Part shown: positions 60,727 to 61,104 of the stretch, in pieces
How positions within the stretch are numbered: position 1 is the stretch's first letter
Layout: the number at the start of each line of letters is the position of its first letter
NCBI GenBank assembly: GCA_947598285.1
Contig: CANQFE010000002.1
Coordinates: 1-61,104 of the forward strand
Direction of reading: 5' to 3'
DNA length: 61,104 bases
Source: an uncultured Bacilli bacterium
GTDB lineage: Bacteria > Bacillota_I > Bacilli_A > RF39 > UBA660
Position numbers and translations under genes: made by a program
Notes under the pieces: generated by a model
The model's database searches: none
Seen by the model: only the letters and a program-made list of their open reading frames with translations
Told to the model about the DNA's origin: nothing

Positions 60727-60895
60727 AAAAAAACCAAACGGTTAGTGTGTGATAAAATCCCGCTCACTCGCAGGTGGGCATCTCACTTGTATTTTAGGAT
60801 CCTAATTCACTTAATGGATTAGTTTTCTACACCATACAAGGTTCTGATTCCCATATATCACCATAGTCGGTTTTATGTAACAACTACCATTTGGT
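60727..60895 (-). ncRNA. Candidate structured RNA upstream of tcdA (6S RNA-like rod, or a cis-regulatory leader)
   Basis: Starts about 7 nt after a near-consensus promoter and ends in a U7 run. Contains a locally GC-rich segment. The 5' segments AAAACC, GTGATA and TGGG pair in rod order with the 3' segments CCCA, TATCAC and GGTTTT. Apical stem CTTGTAT/ATACAAG. Confidence 0.4.
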
Positions 60896-60901
60896 AGTTT
60901 C

Positions 60902-60930
60902 ATTATATCATGGAATTTTTAAACTGACAA
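60902..60930 (-). promoter_or_regulatory. Near-consensus SigA promoter (minus strand)
   Basis: On the minus strand: TTGTCA (60930-60925)-17 nt-TGaTATAAT (-10 at 60907-60902). Confidence 0.6.
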
Positions 60931-61104
60931 GAAAAGTGGTTCATTTTTATTATTCCTTTCTTTCAATAAAAAAAAGAAGGCTTTTTGTCGCCTTTTTTAA
61001 ATTATATGGAAGTTTCTATAGGAGTTTCTCCCTACTTTGACAGTTTTGAATAATAAAAATGAATTAGCCTAGATAAAATCTAGTTTTTTTATAAATTTGT
61101 TCTT

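Noticed and set aside
60760-60870. tRNA- or tmRNA-like element suggested by GGTTCTGATTCCC ... CACCA on the plus strand
   Set aside because: No complementary T-stem or acceptor stem can be drawn. The expected 5' part would fall inside the tcdA coding region. The strong promoter is on the opposite strand.

Overview
AT-rich, low-GC Firmicute-type chromosomal segment. By inference it comes from a spore-former-related lineage (spoIVB, spoIIM-like gene, sporulation-type sigma fragment); the organism cannot be named from sequence alone. The backbone is housekeeping and largely syntenic with Bacillus/Clostridium. It includes T-box-valS, CIRCE-hrcA-grpE-dnaK-(pepF)-dnaJ, dnaG-sigA-trmK, obg, lepA-hemW, mutS, nusB-xseA-xseB-proS, mnmA, xerD and tcdA. 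Several accessory elements are embedded in it.

(1) Three mosaic paralogous secreted or surface proteins start at 11356, 27424 and 29749. Each is preceded by the same ~70-nt promoter cassette. In each cassette a G9-G10 homopolymer sits between a -35-like TTGAC, which is part of a GTCAATTGAC palindrome, and an extended -10-like TGnTA(A/G)AAT. I read this as a candidate multi-locus phase-variation system and consider it the most interesting signal in the window.

(2) Two copies of a type I toxin-antitoxin-like module sit at about 14.53-14.92 kb and 29.34-29.64 kb. Each has a 27-34 aa hydrophobic peptide on the minus strand and a convergent plus-strand small RNA with conserved architecture and compensatory stem changes. 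One copy is divergently fused to a poly-G cassette. The other is an orphan next to the hrcA promoter.

(3) A minimal, dispersed type IV pilus or pseudopilus gene set is present. pilC-pilD and a convergent pilB lie at 32.0-35.7 kb. A single prepilin gene at 13.9 kb is translationally coupled to an MprF-flippase-like membrane protein.

(4) A visibly more AT-rich islet at 6.6-11.1 kb carries a large signal-less Cys-rich BspA-type LRR protein and a Tn916-type tyrosine integrase. It abuts the first poly-G gene.

Smaller oddities:
- an extra ORF between the valS T-box and valS
- a degenerate RnfC/RnfD-like pair
- a sigma factor consisting of region 2 only
- a candidate 6S RNA upstream of tcdA
- several unannotated small ORFs

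No CRISPR array, rRNA or tRNA gene was seen. All calls come from reading the sequence and from remembered family motifs; no searches were run.
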